Assembly (NCBI GenBank): GCA_040006915.1
Contig: JBDTWD010000002.1
Location: forward strand, 158,475-222,474
Direction: 5' to 3'
Length of the DNA stretch: 64,000 bases
Origin: Candidatus Woesebacteria bacterium
GTDB lineage: Bacteria; Patescibacteriota; Microgenomatia; UBA1400; UBA12028
In this document: one piece after another, positions 10,890 to 21,200 of the stretch
How the letters are laid out: each line of letters begins with the position of its first letter
Numbering within the stretch: the first letter of the stretch is position 1
Program-made: the position numbers and the translations under genes
The notes under the pieces: generated by a model
Databases searched by the model: none
Seen by the model: only the letters and a program-made list of their open reading frames with translations
Told to the model about the DNA's origin: nothing

Positions 10890-13800
10890 TGAGAATGAGA
10901 AAACATCGACTTACCATCAAGAAAAATCAACGTACTCTAATAATAGTGGGTGGCATCGTCGCGTTGCTTCTCACCGTGGGCCTGATAGGGATTTTCATTC
11001 ATTCCAGAAAAAAAACTGAACCAAAAGCTGCTCCTGCGATACAAACCAAAACTCCATCGGTCGATGAAAAACCAGAGCTGTATTATCTGTCCATCAAAGA
11101 AGTCACTGAAATGTTTGGAGCGAAAATAGCTAAAGATGCCAAAGGCCAAACGCGCACTATGAAGACGATGGCTGGAAAAATGGAAGAATTTGTTCCTTAT
11201 GTCGTCGTTCCTGATGGAAATACCACGAATGTCTATTATCGTACGGATAAAGGAATCGAACGCTATAGCTTTTCCCCGTCGACTATCGATGTGGCTTTAT
11301 CTGAAAAATCTCAAGACAGCAAGGATTTTGAAATACAGTCTACGTCTACTCCAATGTTTCAATATAAAGATGGTGAAGCCTGGTTGGATTATGAAGAAAA
11401 ATCTGCAGTCAGCATTCGAGTTGATAAAGGCCCTGATGTCGCAACTATTACTCAAAAAACTAAAGCCGGAGCTAACGACGCCAAAGTTACCTGGAAATTT
11501 GGCATCCAAGATCAACGTCTCATTTTAAAAAACACCTTTGAGTTAAGTGATACAAAGCATACGAACCGCCTACTCTGGACTATCTCTTTTCCCAAGGATA
11601 AAAAAATTATCAGTAGCGATGATGAAGCCACCATGCACCAGACAGAAAACATGGCGAAGAAGCGCATTAAATTGGGGAATGTGAATATCGGTTGGGATGA
11701 TTTTAACGAACCCACTAAAGCAGCGTTGTCTGCAGCGAATCAAACTCTCATCGTGCTCTTCTATGAAGATGGGATCGAAGGTAACTTGACCATTGACCCG
11801 ACTTTGACGACTACTGTGAATGCTGCCGCTTCTGAGATTGATATCGAAGTGACTGACGGAACACGCTGGTGGTGTTTCGGGAAAAACCCCCAGGAGACTG
11901 CTGCCACCAGATCTCTCTTTCAACCGACGCGCATGTTCCATTCGAGCATTTCAGCTCCCACTAATTGTACGACTGGTGGAGATGATTTTTTGCCAAATAA
12001 CGCGGGATCTTTACATGACTCTCCACTCTTTTCGGGAACCAACGGCTTTACCAGCACTTCAGCGATTACGGTAAACCTCCTAGAAACCACCGCTACCAGG
12101 GCGCGTGTACAAACCTATAAAGACAATACTCTTGATAGCCGAGGATTATTTACTGTGTATCCCAACGGCTATGGATATTTTAACTATGCTCTAGGAACTG
12201 CAAACAGCCTCGACCAAAGCTACACCTTCTCTGAGCATTTCAAATCAGCTAATGCCCAGACTGAACTCTTTGATAGTACCAACCGAACCTATGTGATCGC
12301 AGATACTTCAAATACTAACTATGCTGGAGTCTTGGGCATAGGGTATCAGATTCTTGGTATCCCTCTCATGCCAGATCTTGCAAATGACAGCCCCAATGAC
12401 CTAGTACAGTACTGGAATTCGAACACCACCACGACGAGCCCAGCTCAAGGAACAAAAACGAGTTCCGCTTGGACAGGTTTGCTTGACCTTTCTGAATATC
12501 GAGCGTCAAATTTCACTAAAGATGTGAAGCTTGGAGATTACCGTCTTCCTGATGATGTTTCCGACGGTTTAACAAATTCTGTTCTTTGGGATGATGCTGG
12601 CGAACAAGCCAAGTACTTTACTGGTTTTGAGGGGGCAGATACCGACTTATGTGGTGGTGGGGATGGATTCACCACAGGCTCTTGCAACGGCGATGACACG
12701 GCAGTGGGTAATGATAAATCTAATGCCTACAGTGGTACCTATGCTGCACACTTTGATGGAGGCGCGACGACCACTGATGTCGCCTATGCACAGCTCACGA
12801 TGGATGCAAATCCTCGGCAAACGGTTCGCTTTATGTTAAAGGTAAACACCGAGACACTGGGAACGAACCAGGAAATGACTATTGTTCGTTTCATTGATGG
12901 GTCGAACAATACGAACGGAAGTCTCGCCTTTAGACAAAATGCTTCGAATCAATTAGTGCTCTGTGTCACCCCACAGCGAGGTGGAACAGGCGGTACACAA
13001 GTGTGTGGTACTACTGTCCTCTCGACCGGAACTTGGTACGCAGTAGAATTTACGAATACCTCCGGTATTACCAGCGGTACTTCCTATGGAAATCATGTAC
13101 AAGTATTTTTAAATGGCGTGGTTCAAGCGACAAGCGTACAAAACGTGGCAGCGGCTGTTACCACGACAGCTATGCGTATGGGATTAGTCGTCACCTCAAC
13201 TGCTAATAACGATATTTATATCGACAATGTAGCAATCGACTATACAGAAACCGGTATCCCTGGTTTTAACGCAGCAGAAGGTGCCTATACGCTCCAACAT
13301 GCGAAATGGGGATCAGATCTCTCTGTCGATCTAGATAGAGGAGGAAAAATTGCTAGCGGCTCTGCTTTCAAAATTCGTGGCTGGCAGTCACAAAATGATC
13401 CTACAAGCGTAAAGCTTGAGAATACACAACTCATCAATGGCACAGACTTTAATGCCGATGTTCTCCCTTTCTCAGAATCTTGGGTTAACGATTCTGATGG
13501 CACGTGTGGGACTGGTGGATGGCAAAAGCTTGCTAACGGTGGTGATCTGACCAACTCGAGTGAGTACCTGATGCGAACCGATAATGATTATAACTTCAAT
13601 AATGGTGGCAGCGGCAATAACTGTACTTTTGGTGACTCTACCACTGATGCGCTGTACTTTGGACGCACGGATCAATTTTCGGGATTAAACGTACTGCTAT
13701 CCACGGTTGGAACTGATAATTCTCTTCTTCATGTCACCTGGGAGTACTGTTCAGTCAATACTGACGTTGCCACGGCTTGCGATACGTGGAGCACACTGTC

Positions 13801-16800
13801 AGTCACATCATCACCTACAGGAGTTTCAGATTTTGTCGATAACGGATCTATCAGCTTTACTCCACCCTCCCAGTGGATTAGATCACGCGAGAACTCTGGT
13901 CGTGAAGCCTTATATTTTGTGAGGGCTCGGGTAACATCAGCTGGATATGGTACCTATCCAGTCGAACAAAAGATCACCACCGATATTCTGGCCATGCAGT
14001 ATCAAGGGACACTAACTCAAGATGATCAAACATTTACATTTTCGACCACTTCCCCAGTCGGAGTCTGGAAAATTGATGAAGGGAATGGGACGACAATTGG
14101 AGATAGTACTGGCCTTGGGAACAGTCTCACTATCAATGGCGCCGTATGGAGAGGAGATGGACAAAGAAATAACTCCAGTACCAAACGCGCCACCTATCTT
14201 CATTTTGATGGCAGCAATGACTTTGCCTCAAGGGCTAATGATACTGATTTTAATCCGGGGGGTGAAGCGTTCACTCTGACTGGCTGGTTCCGTCATCCCT
14301 TAGCAGTCTCAGGGACGGATACAATCCTCGCCCACTATGGGACGGCAGGATATAAAGTCTATATGAACTCTTCTGGCAATATTTGTTTTGGAATCGATGA
14401 TGATAGTTCATGGGGCCCCGATGATAGTGCCTGTACCACTACCACCTATACAGATAGCACCTGGCATCATTTTGCTGCTGTGAGAAATGGCGTGTTAGGA
14501 CAAATCGGAAGTCAAAGTAACCTTATGCTCTATATCGATGGAAAATTTCAAGCATCAGATGGAACGATCAGTGCGAAAGGGTCGCTAGATACGAGTAGTA
14601 CTCTTTACTTTGGAATTGATTCTGATGGCAGTAGTAATCCTTGGGATGGTGAAATTGATGAAGTGAATTTCTATCGTTATGCGCTGACTGCAGCCCAAGT
14701 TTTAGCAGATATTCCTGATCCTTCTTCTGCTTTGGTGGGTAACAATCCTACCGATCCCCTGACAAATGGACTCGTGGGATGGTGGAAAATGGATGAGAGC
14801 ATAGGGAATCTCTGTAGTGGAGGAACCAATGACACTTGTGATTCTTCTGGGAATGGATACGATGCTGCCTGGGGTGGGAATGCGACGAGTAGCGCAGTGG
14901 CAAAATTTGGATACTCAACGATATACGATGGCTCCTCAACGAATGCTGCTGGGGATGTACTGGACTTTGAGCGCACACAACCATTCTCGCTGGGTACTTG
15001 GATCAAAACAACCACAGATGGGGCTCAATCGCTCATCACCAAGCAAGACGACAGTTCCCCTTTCTCTGGCTACAATCTCCAGTTTGGATCGAGTGGCATA
15101 CTCTATTTTCAACTTGTTAATACCTTCACGACGAACAATATCCAAGTTCAATCGACAAATGATCTCAGTTACAGTGATGGAAATTGGCATTACGTGGCTG
15201 CTACCTATGATGGCTCTTCAAAAGGCGTTGGAGTACGTTTGTATTTTGATGGGACAGAAATCCCAGTTACGGTATCGATGGATAATCTCTCCGCTACCAC
15301 AGTCAATGCTATTCCCCTTAATTTTGGTTCCCGAAATAGTAGTACCCAAAAATTTACAGGGAATCTAGATGAAGCGCGCATCTACAATCGGATCATCTCT
15401 CCTGCTGAGGTACGAGCTCTCTACTCCTATGCTCCTGGACCAATGGGATATTGGAAATTTGATGAAGCTAGCGGTACAAGCGCCGCAGATTCCAGTGGAA
15501 ACAACTATAGTGCCACGATTACAGATGCCGGAACAGTTGGTGGGTTTGAACCTGGTATCTATGGGAATACCTACAACATGAAAGGGTTTAACGGAAGTGG
15601 CGCAGACTGGATGCCAATTTCAGGTACAATAAATCTTGGGAGTGTGAATACGATCTCATTTTGGATTAACGGAAATCAATTGAGTTCCACCGGACATACA
15701 ATAGGAAGTAGCCGAACCGTTACAGGAGGCGCCGGAGCTGATCCCCAAGGCTATATGGCCTTTATCGATGATGTGAATCTGTATTCACGTCAAAGTATTA
15801 ATCCAGGGGCAGTCAGCGTGGCTCACGGAATGGTCGCCGGTACTTGGTATCACATAGAAGTAGTTCGCGATGGCACCTCCGTCAAGTTTTATAAAAATGG
15901 TGTTCAGTTAGGAACGACTCAAACCTACGGTGCTAGTAAACCATATCTTTTGTACAACCTGACAAATTATGATAGCAGTTTAAGTACAGCAGACTTTCCT
16001 GTTGACGGAAAACTCGATGACGTACGCGTTTATAACTACGCACGAACCCCGCAGCAAGTTGTAGAAGACATGAATGCTGGACATCCTTCTGGCGGTTCTC
16101 CAATAGCAACCCAACTGCTTTTTTGGAGAATGGATGAGATGTCAGGAACGACTATTAATAACTCTGGATATGGAGGTAGTACATATAATGGTACGGCAAC
16201 AGGGACAGTCTGGAACTCAGCAGCAGCGTGCGTAGGACCAAGCCCTTGTTTGTATCTAGATACAGATGCCGATACAGTGAGCGCCGGTGCCGTGACGGTC
16301 ATCAATGGTGCAAGTGCATTTACTTTCAGTACTTGGTTAAAGCCTGCCCTCGTTTCAACAAATTCCATGATTTTTTCTAAGGCTGACGTCAGTACAGATC
16401 GTTCCTTCCAAATTAAAACGGACAATACAACAGCTTCAGAGATCAAAGTTATGGTTCCTGTTATTTCATCCGATACTTCTACGTATTTTGTCACAAGCGG
16501 TTTTGGATTATCAACGACAGGAGCACAACTGACAGTGGTATACGATGGAACCCAATCAAATGCGAATAGAGTGAAGGTGTATAAGAATGGAAAAATCGTT
16601 GCTGGATCTATAAGCGGGACACTCCCCTCTACCATTACAACCAGTAGTGAGAATCTTAAACTTGGGAAAGGTGATGATACTGGATCAAACGCTTTGCACG
16701 CACTCTATGATAACGTTAAATTTTATACAGGAGCCCTCACCCCCGATCAAGTCATTATGGATTACAACGCAGGAGCGGCAGCAAATTTCGGGACAGGTCC

Positions 16801-18241
16801 TACTGAGGCAACTCAATCTGTTGATGGAATTGGCTCAGATCCAGTTGGCTATTGGGCTTTGGATGAAAACACAGGAACCACTGCCAAAGATAAGAGTGGC
16901 AATAACTCTGATGGAACCTTAACCAACGGTCCCGTTTGGGTACAGGGAAAAATTGGACAAGCGGTGCAATTTGCTAATACAACAAATAAAATCACCATCC
17001 CTGATAATTCCAATCTCGATATTGCTGACGGTGAGGATGTCACAATCACTGGATGGTTTTATCGTGCTGATGCCACCGACAGTAATATGATCACCGCCAA
17101 ACGTACAGGATCTGCGGCAGCGAATACAGGATGGCTTTTGTATCTGGACGGAACCATTGATACGCTGTTGTTTGAGATCGCAGACGGCGCCCAGGAGTAT
17201 AGCGTCCAATCTGCTCGGACCTTTGTTACGCCAGGTTGGCATCATTTTGCAGTTGTTTGGGACGAGTCTTCAGCAGCGGGAACAAAAGTATTTATTGATG
17301 GCATCGACAATACGGGAACAAAAACTGGAACAATAGGCTCAATTGGGAATGCGTCAAATGCAACTGCTATGGATATTGGAAACTGGGAAGGCACTTCTAG
17401 TCCCATGGAGGGAATAATTGATGATCTAAAGTTCTATAAATATACTCGCACGGCCAGTCAAATTGCGTATGACTATGACCGTGGCAAAGCCATGCATTGG
17501 TGGAAAGCCGACGAATGTACTGGTACTACGCTCAATGACTCTGGAAATGCCAATACCCTGAGTAATGGTACGATCACAGTCGGAGTAACCGGCACAAATA
17601 CTACCGCAGGATCTTGTACGGGAAGTACTTCTGAATTATGGAAAAACAGCGCCACCGGAAAGTTTAATAGTGGTCTCTATACTGATGGGACGGATGACTA
17701 TGCAGATTTGGGGGATCTTCCGAATACAGAGACACAATCCCAACTCTCGTGGTCATTCTGGGTGAACCCTACCTCCCTCGCGACTGCAAAATGTATTTTT
17801 TGTAAAGCCAATTCTGCTGCCACGCAACAAGGTTGGTTCTTCCGTACCGATGCCAGCACCAGTACGACGCTGCGGGTAGGCATCCCCACAGGGACTACCG
17901 ACCAAAGTACCTACGGAAGCGTCACTACGGCACTCAGTAATGGGGCATGGAAACATGTAGTGGCAGTGTTTGATGGCACTGCGACTGGCAACAGTAATAG
18001 ACTGAAGATTTATATCAATGGAAAACTGCAAACCACTACCTATACTGGGACGATACCCGCTGCTACAACTGCGACGACGAGTAATGCCAGGCTGGGTGCT
18101 GCCTCGGATACGACTGATTACTTTAATGGGCGCACTGATGATGTCAGAATCTTTAGCTACCCCCTTTCTTTGCAACAAGTTCAAAAGTTGTATAGTGATG
18201 ATGCGAGCGTCCGTTTTGGTCCAGTCACTGGATCACCATAA
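10889..18241 (+). CDS. Membrane-anchored (N-terminal signal-anchor) multi-domain LamG / concanavalin-A-like lectin array protein of about 2450 aa, paralog of the next gene.
   Basis: ATG at 10889 overlaps the upstream stop by 1 nt (TAATG); an alternative GTG lies at 10874. The N-terminus MRMRKHRLTIKKNQRTLIIVGGIVALLLTVGLIGIFI has basic residues followed by a single TM. At least 10 repeats carry the LamG_3 signature (WKFDE..GT...DSSGNG......W..G.FG.AL.FDG.DD, then W.H.A..YDG....LY.NG, then DDVRIYN.AL...E...LY), joined by APGP linkers. The C-terminal tail is ...YPLSLQQVQKLYSDDASVRFGPVTGSP. Confidence 0.75.
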   Translation: MRMRKHRLTIKKNQRTLIIVGGIVALLLTVGLIGIFIHSRKKTEPKAAPAIQTKTPSVDEKPELYYLSIKEVTEMFGAKIAKDAKGQTRTMKTMAGKMEEFVPYVVVPDGNTTNVYYRTDKGIERYSFSPSTIDVALSEKSQDSKDFEIQSTSTPMFQYKDGEAWLDYEEKSAVSIRVDKGPDVATITQKTKAGANDAKVTWKFGIQDQRLILKNTFELSDTKHTNRLLWTISFPKDKKIISSDDEATMHQTENMAKKRIKLGNVNIGWDDFNEPTKAALSAANQTLIVLFYEDGIEGNLTIDPTLTTTVNAAASEIDIEVTDGTRWWCFGKNPQETAATRSLFQPTRMFHSSISAPTNCTTGGDDFLPNNAGSLHDSPLFSGTNGFTSTSAITVNLLETTATRARVQTYKDNTLDSRGLFTVYPNGYGYFNYALGTANSLDQSYTFSEHFKSANAQTELFDSTNRTYVIADTSNTNYAGVLGIGYQILGIPLMPDLANDSPNDLVQYWNSNTTTTSPAQGTKTSSAWTGLLDLSEYRASNFTKDVKLGDYRLPDDVSDGLTNSVLWDDAGEQAKYFTGFEGADTDLCGGGDGFTTGSCNGDDTAVGNDKSNAYSGTYAAHFDGGATTTDVAYAQLTMDANPRQTVRFMLKVNTETLGTNQEMTIVRFIDGSNNTNGSLAFRQNASNQLVLCVTPQRGGTGGTQVCGTTVLSTGTWYAVEFTNTSGITSGTSYGNHVQVFLNGVVQATSVQNVAAAVTTTAMRMGLVVTSTANNDIYIDNVAIDYTETGIPGFNAAEGAYTLQHAKWGSDLSVDLDRGGKIASGSAFKIRGWQSQNDPTSVKLENTQLINGTDFNADVLPFSESWVNDSDGTCGTGGWQKLANGGDLTNSSEYLMRTDNDYNFNNGGSGNNCTFGDSTTDALYFGRTDQFSGLNVLLSTVGTDNSLLHVTWEYCSVNTDVATACDTWSTLSVTSSPTGVSDFVDNGSISFTPPSQWIRSRENSGREALYFVRARVTSAGYGTYPVEQKITTDILAMQYQGTLTQDDQTFTFSTTSPVGVWKIDEGNGTTIGDSTGLGNSLTINGAVWRGDGQRNNSSTKRATYLHFDGSNDFASRANDTDFNPGGEAFTLTGWFRHPLAVSGTDTILAHYGTAGYKVYMNSSGNICFGIDDDSSWGPDDSACTTTTYTDSTWHHFAAVRNGVLGQIGSQSNLMLYIDGKFQASDGTISAKGSLDTSSTLYFGIDSDGSSNPWDGEIDEVNFYRYALTAAQVLADIPDPSSALVGNNPTDPLTNGLVGWWKMDESIGNLCSGGTNDTCDSSGNGYDAAWGGNATSSAVAKFGYSTIYDGSSTNAAGDVLDFERTQPFSLGTWIKTTTDGAQSLITKQDDSSPFSGYNLQFGSSGILYFQLVNTFTTNNIQVQSTNDLSYSDGNWHYVAATYDGSSKGVGVRLYFDGTEIPVTVSMDNLSATTVNAIPLNFGSRNSSTQKFTGNLDEARIYNRIISPAEVRALYSYAPGPMGYWKFDEASGTSAADSSGNNYSATITDAGTVGGFEPGIYGNTYNMKGFNGSGADWMPISGTINLGSVNTISFWINGNQLSSTGHTIGSSRTVTGGAGADPQGYMAFIDDVNLYSRQSINPGAVSVAHGMVAGTWYHIEVVRDGTSVKFYKNGVQLGTTQTYGASKPYLLYNLTNYDSSLSTADFPVDGKLDDVRVYNYARTPQQVVEDMNAGHPSGGSPIATQLLFWRMDEMSGTTINNSGYGGSTYNGTATGTVWNSAAACVGPSPCLYLDTDADTVSAGAVTVINGASAFTFSTWLKPALVSTNSMIFSKADVSTDRSFQIKTDNTTASEIKVMVPVISSDTSTYFVTSGFGLSTTGAQLTVVYDGTQSNANRVKVYKNGKIVAGSISGTLPSTITTSSENLKLGKGDDTGSNALHALYDNVKFYTGALTPDQVIMDYNAGAAANFGTGPTEATQSVDGIGSDPVGYWALDENTGTTAKDKSGNNSDGTLTNGPVWVQGKIGQAVQFANTTNKITIPDNSNLDIADGEDVTITGWFYRADATDSNMITAKRTGSAAANTGWLLYLDGTIDTLLFEIADGAQEYSVQSARTFVTPGWHHFAVVWDESSAAGTKVFIDGIDNTGTKTGTIGSIGNASNATAMDIGNWEGTSSPMEGIIDDLKFYKYTRTASQIAYDYDRGKAMHWWKADECTGTTLNDSGNANTLSNGTITVGVTGTNTTAGSCTGSTSELWKNSATGKFNSGLYTDGTDDYADLGDLPNTETQSQLSWSFWVNPTSLATAKCIFCKANSAATQQGWFFRTDASTSTTLRVGIPTGTTDQSTYGSVTTALSNGAWKHVVAVFDGTATGNSNRLKIYINGKLQTTTYTGTIPAATTATTSNARLGAASDTTDYFNGRTDDVRIFSYPLSLQQVQKLYSDDASVRFGPVTGSP

Positions 18242-18243
18242 TC

Positions 18244-21200
18244 ATGTTCTTTCGTCATCGATCCCACCAAAATCAGAAGAAATCACTGCGGCGAATCTAC
18301 GTACTCGCCGCTACTATTCCTTTATTAGTTGTACTCATCCCTCTGGTGTACCTGAGTTTAAAGTTTGCCGCACAAAGTGAAGCCGCTTGGTTTGATGATA
18401 CCTACCGCTATCGATCACCTATTTCCTTTACACATAACGCTGCACTTTCCAATCGCCGTGTCAGTATCACAGTCGCTACTGATGCCTTAGTTACTGCTGG
18501 CAAGCTGCAGTCAGATTGTGATGATACTCGATTTACCGATATCAACGGAAAAGTTCTGCGCTATCAATTGGTCTCTGGATGTAACACGTCGACGACCCAA
18601 TATGATGTGGTTTTTCCTACGATCATCAATGGCGCGAATGTTTCATACATGTATTACGGAAATTCTACGGTCGCTTCTGGCAGTCAAGATGTCTCTGGAG
18701 TGACGAGCTTGTCTCCTTCAGGTGGAAGCCCATCTGCAGGCACAGAGGAAAAAGGCACCAGTCCGGTATTGTACTTAGGACTTGATGAAGGCTATGGGAC
18801 AACTACCCAAGATGGAACTTCTGGAAATAATGATGGGACGCTCTCTAATACTCCGACTTGGAAATCCCCAGATTTTTGTATTTCAGGAAACTGTATTCTG
18901 TTTGATGGCTCCGATGACATTGTCACAGTTACAAATGCAAATCCCATCGATCTTGACGCATCTGGCGGATTGTCTGCTGGATTTACGATGGAAGCTTGGG
19001 TACGACCCAATGGTGCCGGTGAAGGCACTGGAGGACAAATCATTTTTAAAGGAACCAATACCTGGCTTAAAGTCGCCTCACTCTCCAGTGGGAAACTTGA
19101 TTTGATGGCTAGTCTCGATCTAGCCACCACAGATGCAACTCTGACTGCAAGTGGAAAAGTTCTTGATGGTCAATGGAACCATGTGGCAATTTCCTATACC
19201 GATGATGCAGATGATGAACTGACACTCTGGGTGAACGGAGTGTCGGTTGGATCTTCAACGAACGGGGTTGGTTCTCTCGCTGCTGATGTCAACAACCTAG
19301 TTATCGGCGGAACCACGACCAATAACTTTAAGGGAACTATCGATCAATTTAAAATCTACAATACTGAACGAACCAGTAGCCAAATGGCCAGTGATGCGCT
19401 GAAAAGCGGTGGCAACGACACCGTTGCTACTCAACTTGGAGGAACTGCAAATACGAGCATAAGTAACGGCCTCGTTGGTTTCTGGCCCATGGATGAATCT
19501 GCAGCCAACACCTGTAGCGGTGGAACCAATGACTCGTGTGATAAATCAGGGAATGGTTTTGATGGAGCTTGGGCAAACAATACAGCTGCCATCACTGGAA
19601 AATATGGATACGGAACCGATTATGATGGAACAGATGATAGCACTGCTGTCTCTGACAATGATGCTTTTTCCGTTAATACCACGAACTCATTTACAGTCTC
19701 AGCTTGGGTAAATCCCGATACAAACTCTGGTACGGTAAATATAATTTCTAAAGGAAATACCAGTAATTTCGAATGGAGTTTAGGTGCAAGTACCACACAA
19801 GCCCAGGCAATTCTCTGGGATTCAGGTGGATCTGTTATCGCCCAAGCAAATATTAGCACCCTGTTTTCCACTGGCTCATGGCAACTCTATACTTTTACGG
19901 CAGATCTAAATTCCAATACCCTCACGATTTATCGTAACGGTGTGTTAGGAGGCACGGCGACAATCGCGGGAACCTATACTAATGGGACCGCCAACTTGCG
20001 TTTTGGAGAACGTGCCGATGGCTCCAATGATTATGATGGGAAAATCGATGATGTCCGGATTTATAACCGTGCCCTTTCTTCAGGTGAAGTGATGCGCTTG
20101 TATACCACGGCCCCGGGACCTTCTGGATACTGGAAATTTGATGAAAAAACCGGCACGACTAGCACCTTTGATTCCTCTGGCAGTGGCTTTACTGGCACTA
20201 TGAATAGTATAACGCAAAGTAGTTGGACAAATGGAAAATTTGGGAGCGCCTTGAACTTCGTTAAAGCCTCTACTCAAGACGTCAACTTGGGGGTGACTAC
20301 GACGCTCTTCCCCAATAGCAATTCCTGGTCATACGGATTTTGGTTTAAATACACTCCCGTAGTCGCTCCAACAGCAGATGGGTTTTTAGTTTCACTTCGA
20401 ACTTCAACCAATCGCGCCAATGCATTTTTTATCCGCGACTCAGGTGATTCACTTTCATTTACCTATCGGTCAGGCGGCTCGAACACTTTCATCACCCTTG
20501 CGACCACCGCGTCTATTGGAAATAACTGGCATCATGTCATGGCAACATATGATGGCACTACCTACCTTATTTATGTCGATGGAGTGTTGACAGCTACATC
20601 AACTGCCGCTCAAGATGTTTTCGGCACTGGGACAGTCCGAGTCGGGAGTGATTCTGGTTCCAACAACTCCGATGCAGTAATCGATGACCTACGAGACTAT
20701 AATTATCCCCGAAGCGCCTCCCAAGTAATCGAAGATATGAATGGAAGTCGTCCGATTAATGGCGGTTCTTCCTCCTCGTCGTCAATCTACTGGGAACTGG
20801 ATGAACAAAATGGGAATACGATTAATAACTCTGGTTCAAATGGGAGTACATATAACGGTACCAATAGTGGTGCCGCTTGGCTCACCAATGCGAGCTGCAA
20901 GATCAACGGCTGTTTAAATTTTGATACCACGACCGACACGGTGAGTGCTGGTGATCCGGTTTTTATCGATGGCCTGACTGGATTCTCCACCAGCTTCTGG
21001 CTCAATCCCCAAACCTTAGCCACCAATAAAATGATTCTCTCCAAAGCCAATAACGTGACACAACGGGTATTTCAAATTAAAACAGATGACGCCACAAGTA
21101 CAGAGCTGAAGGTGATGATCGCTTCCTCTGCCTCAGACACCAGTAATTACTGTATAACCTCCGGATTAGGGCTGACAGCTTTAACCTGGCAACAGATTCA

